Origin: an uncultured Nitrospiraceae bacterium
Lineage (GTDB): Bacteria > Nitrospirota > Thermodesulfovibrionia > Thermodesulfovibrionales > UBA6898
Assembly (NCBI GenBank): GCA_963811165.1
Contig: CAWEQH010000010.1
Span: forward strand, 1,024,001 to 1,088,000
DNA length: 64,000 nt
Direction of reading: 5' to 3'
How positions within the stretch are numbered: position 1 is the stretch's first letter; each line of letters begins with the position of its first letter. The position numbers and the translations under genes were made by a program. Shown here piece after piece: positions 60,850-64,000 of this stretch. Under the pieces are notes generated by a model. It was not told the origin of the DNA and did not search any database. It saw only the letters and a list, made by a program, of their open reading frames with translations.

Positions 60850-63192
60850 CTATATGTTTTCGGTCATCTCCCATACGCCGCAGGGGCATATGCCGGCGCA
60901 GAAGCCGCAGCCGATGCACTTGTCGTCGTCGACCACGTACTCGTACGACCCGTCTTTGTGCTCCACCCTGCTTATCGCCCCCCAGTAACAGGTCACCTCG
61001 CACATATGACAGTCCCTGCAGGTAGCGCAGGACATACAGACGCCGGCCTCTTTTTTGGCATCGAAGCCTTCGAACCGGCAGACGTCGTAGTATTCGGTCT
61101 TGATCTTTTCATAGGGGACGACCTGTCTCACCTCGGGCAGGTAATCGTAATGCATAAGCTGGGAATGGATCACGTCGGCAGCGATACGGCCCTGGCCGAT
61201 TGCGTGGGTCACGAGTCCCGGCTTGGTCGCATCCCCTATCGCAAAGACCTTCACGTCGGAGGTCTGGCCGAGCTCGTTCACCTTAAGCCATCCCCTCTCG
61301 GCGATGATATCGGGGGGGAGGAAATCAAGTATCGGCACCTCGCCTACCGACATGACCACAAGGTCCGCGAATAGGGAAGTGCCGTCTTTGAAGTATATCG
61401 TCTTTTCCTTTTTGTCGTATCTTTCGGTCGCCTTCGGCCAAAGGATCTCCGTCCCCTTCTCCTTGGCCATATCCATCTCCTTACCAAAAGCGGCCGGTTT
61501 CTGGATATCGACGGCCGTGACTGAGGTAGCGCCGCAGTTAAACGCCTGTGAGGCCACGTCCATCCCTACGTTCCCCGCACCTATGACTACCACCCGTTTG
61601 TTCTTAAGTGCAATGTTCTTTCCGAAATTTACCCCTTTGAGGAAGTCTATCGCGGCCATCACATCCTCCGACCCCGGGAATTTGATCTCCCTCGGCCTGT
61701 GCGCGCCGCAGGCGACTACTACCACGTCGTGGTTTTTGTATATCCTGTCGAACTCCTTCCGGTTTACCGCTTTGCCCAGATGAGTCTCGACACCGACCTC
61801 TCCAAACCTGGAGAGTTCCTTAAGGAGGATCTTCTGGGGCAGCCTCTCCCTTGGGATACAGAGTTCTATCTTGCCGCCCAGCTTGTCCGCAGACTCGTAG
61901 AGGTCAATGCTATGGCCTTTAAGGCCCAGCTGCCATGCTGCCGACAGCCCGGCGGGTCCGCCGCCGATCACGGCGATCTTGTGCCCGGTTTTCTTGGCGG
62001 GCTTAGGCGCCGGTTGCTTTAATGCAAGGCTCCCCATCTCCTTGATATTAAGGGGCCTGTCCACCCTGCCTCTGCTACAGCTTTGCATGCAGAGGTTCGG
62101 ACAAATCTGTCCGCAGACCGTGGCCGGAAGCGGGCTATATTTAAGTACGAGGTCAATCGCCTCTTTCATCTTCCCCTGACGTATGAGCGTCGCACGCTTA
62201 TGGGAAGGGATACGTGAAGGACAACTGTATGCGCACGGCGGCAGGTATTTTTCATTGTTCCATACCGGCCTGTTCCTGCGGTCCGCACCTGTGGTGATGT
62301 AAGGCAATATCGTAAGATCGTGGGTGATAAATTCGGCGAATATGCCGCCCTCTCCTACTCCCTTCTCCCAGGAATTCTTCCGGAAGTCCGTCGTAGAGAG
62401 TTTCTTCCTCGCACGGGCCGCCTTTTCCGCAGGCGTATAGGCCACAAATTTTTTCCATTCGGACATATCGCGGGTAAGCTCTCCGTAATATGACTCGCGG
62501 TCTATGGCCTTTAGGAACTCCTTCATCCCGCCTGTGAGCCATTCCCAGTCCTGGGGGCTCAAATCGAGGAGTTGCACGTCCCGGTCGCTGTAGCCGCCTA
62601 TCTTCCCCCGGAAGTAGATCGCCCCGCCGACCATGCCGACGCAGGGCCGGTACCCAAGTATGTTTTCCGGGTCCCTCGGGTCAACGCCGCAGACGACAGC
62701 GATGCCTCCTGCCTTGAATTCGGCAAAAGAATCTCCCACGTTCCGGAAGTACCACGACTGGGGGGGATCGAAACGCGGGTTGCGCTTCGTCATCGTGTCG
62801 CACCGTGCGCCGCCGCTTCCCTGCACATAGAGGATCCCCTGTGCGGCAGCATTATGGGCCCCGTTCGTCACATCGCCCAAGACAGTGATCTTGGCACCGC
62901 AGTTGATCCACCCCGTATCGTCGGAGGAGCTTCCTTTCAAAACGATATCCGTGCCGAACATGCCCATGCTGCCCAGGCGCTGTCCAACAGGACCTTCAAC
63001 GGTTATCTTTATGGTTTCGCCCCTCGGCCAGATGCGTCCGCCTATCCCATGCTGGCCTTCAGCCGCCACGCGGACCTCGCGGGCACCGTCTTTGACGGCC
63101 TCCTGGATCTGCTCTTCGAGTATCCTCGAAGGGACGCGATGACCGTCGACGTTCCCGTAAATTACCTTTTTATCTTTTCGCTCCTTGCTCAT
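60850..63192 (-). CDS. Glutamate-synthase-related fusion: GXGXG (GltB C-terminal) domain, GltD-like FAD oxidoreductase and 2x[4Fe-4S]
   Basis: GQHGIGG..GQRLG.MG, CVGMVGG, PC..SCP..CGQICP..C..SC, IAVIGGGPAGL, GAGNVGMD, CMSCATCRDCHMC, CIGCGFCAGICP. Confidence 0.88.
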   Translation of the reverse strand: MSKERKDKKVIYGNVDGHRVPSRILEEQIQEAVKDGAREVRVAAEGQHGIGGRIWPRGETIKITVEGPVGQRLGSMGMFGTDIVLKGSSSDDTGWINCGAKITVLGDVTNGAHNAAAQGILYVQGSGGARCDTMTKRNPRFDPPQSWYFRNVGDSFAEFKAGGIAVVCGVDPRDPENILGYRPCVGMVGGAIYFRGKIGGYSDRDVQLLDLSPQDWEWLTGGMKEFLKAIDRESYYGELTRDMSEWKKFVAYTPAEKAARARKKLSTTDFRKNSWEKGVGEGGIFAEFITHDLTILPYITTGADRRNRPVWNNEKYLPPCAYSCPSRIPSHKRATLIRQGKMKEAIDLVLKYSPLPATVCGQICPNLCMQSCSRGRVDRPLNIKEMGSLALKQPAPKPAKKTGHKIAVIGGGPAGLSAAWQLGLKGHSIDLYESADKLGGKIELCIPRERLPQKILLKELSRFGEVGVETHLGKAVNRKEFDRIYKNHDVVVVACGAHRPREIKFPGSEDVMAAIDFLKGVNFGKNIALKNKRVVVIGAGNVGMDVASQAFNCGATSVTAVDIQKPAAFGKEMDMAKEKGTEILWPKATERYDKKEKTIYFKDGTSLFADLVVMSVGEVPILDFLPPDIIAERGWLKVNELGQTSDVKVFAIGDATKPGLVTHAIGQGRIAADVIHSQLMHYDYLPEVRQVVPYEKIKTEYYDVCRFEGFDAKKEAGVCMSCATCRDCHMCEVTCYWGAISRVEHKDGSYEYVVDDDKCIGCGFCAGICPCGVWEMTENI

Positions 63193-63213
63193 AGCTCTCT
63201 GCCTGTCTGTTTG

Positions 63214-64000
63214 TTAGCATGCATAGTCTATCTGTAACCTCTCCGCCATCGCCTTATCGTCAATGCTTAAGCCGTCGGACATACCGATGGGCAACTCGGT
63301 GCTTCGACCCATGGGCGCAAAAACTTTCCTTAATTCCACGTCCGCGGTCTTAAAGACGTCCACTACGCGTTCTGCTACCTTGTCGGCATCCAGCCTCCGG
63401 TAAAGTTTGGGGTCCTGGGTAGTTATTCCCCGCGGACACCGGCCGGTATTACAGAGGTTGCACCTGTTAAATTCGTCCCCGAAACACTGGGCCGCGGCCT
63501 GCATGATATATTTGCCGATCGAAACAGCCGATGCCCCAAGCATGATAAGCGCCGCGGCATTCGCAGCGAGGTTCCCTTTCTTGCCCACGCCGCCGGCAGC
63601 GATCAAGGGGAGTTCGTTTTGCTTGCCTTGCTTTACGAGGTCCAAGTAACAGTCCCTGATATTTGAGGCTATCGGATGTCCCATCTTGTCCATCGATACG
63701 TTATATGCAGCTCCGGTACCGCCGTCTTCCCCGTCTATGCTAAGCGCAGCGGCATAGGGGTTTCTGGCCAGGTTGTTAAGGACCGCCCTCGCCGTCTTCG
63801 TCCCTGAGATCTTAGGGTACACAGGCACCCTGAAACCCCAGGCCATCGACATCGACTGGATCATCTTGGCGACCGCCTCTTCGATAGAGTATTTCGTCTG
63901 GTGCGTAGGAGGCGACGCGAGGTCGACCATCATCGGCACACCCCTGATCTGGGCGATAAGCTTTAGTACCTTGTAGGCCATAAGAAGTCCACCATCGCCG
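63214..64000 (-). CDS. Glutamate synthase FMN-binding-domain subunit (5' part outside window)
   Basis: GDGGLL..KV, IRGVP..DL.SPP, DG.DGGTGAA, C..CNTGRCPRGITTQDP.L. Confidence 0.88.
   Translation of the reverse strand, partial: GDGGLLMAYKVLKLIAQIRGVPMMVDLASPPTHQTKYSIEEAVAKMIQSMSMAWGFRVPVYPKISGTKTARAVLNNLARNPYAAALSIDGEDGGTGAAYNVSMDKMGHPIASNIRDCYLDLVKQGKQNELPLIAAGGVGKKGNLAANAAALIMLGASAVSIGKYIMQAAAQCFGDEFNRCNLCNTGRCPRGITTQDPKLYRRLDADKVAERVVDVFKTADVELRKVFAPMGRSTELPIGMSDGLSIDDKAMAERLQIDYAC

Overview
Chromosomal window of an anaerobic Gram-negative bacterium; gene content and protein style suggest Nitrospirota (Thermodesulfovibrionia-like), which is my inference. It carries housekeeping genes (metF, degP, nfu, an amino-acid ABC transporter, PSRP, pyk, an lpdA-like gene, comEC, cdaA-cdaR-glmM, and part of a split glutamate-synthase-like cluster). 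It also carries several respiratory or redox modules: a nitrosative-stress cluster next to nrfHA (Ca2+-independent type), cooS-cooF-FAD oxidoreductase, and an octaheme tetrathionate-reductase-like cytochrome with a small C-terminal-Cys protein and a DUF3373-type outer-membrane protein. Two IS elements (IS4 family with a 9-bp TSD; IS1202-like with a 16-bp TSD) sit in the cooS upstream region. The most unusual non-coding signal is a four-copy family of ~105-135 nt folded elements whose stems differ while the junction words (GAGCGG / CCTCGGA / GAGAATGAGC) are kept. There is also a GEMM-I (c-di-GMP/cGAMP) riboswitch with a terminator ahead of a CBS-ferredoxin-OsmC operon. Relics of pta-ackA, a class III cytochrome c and a lipoprotein are present. 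At least six single-base frameshifts in otherwise intact genes suggest assembly indel errors. No tRNA, rRNA or CRISPR array was seen. All family assignments come from motif recognition by eye; no database search was run.
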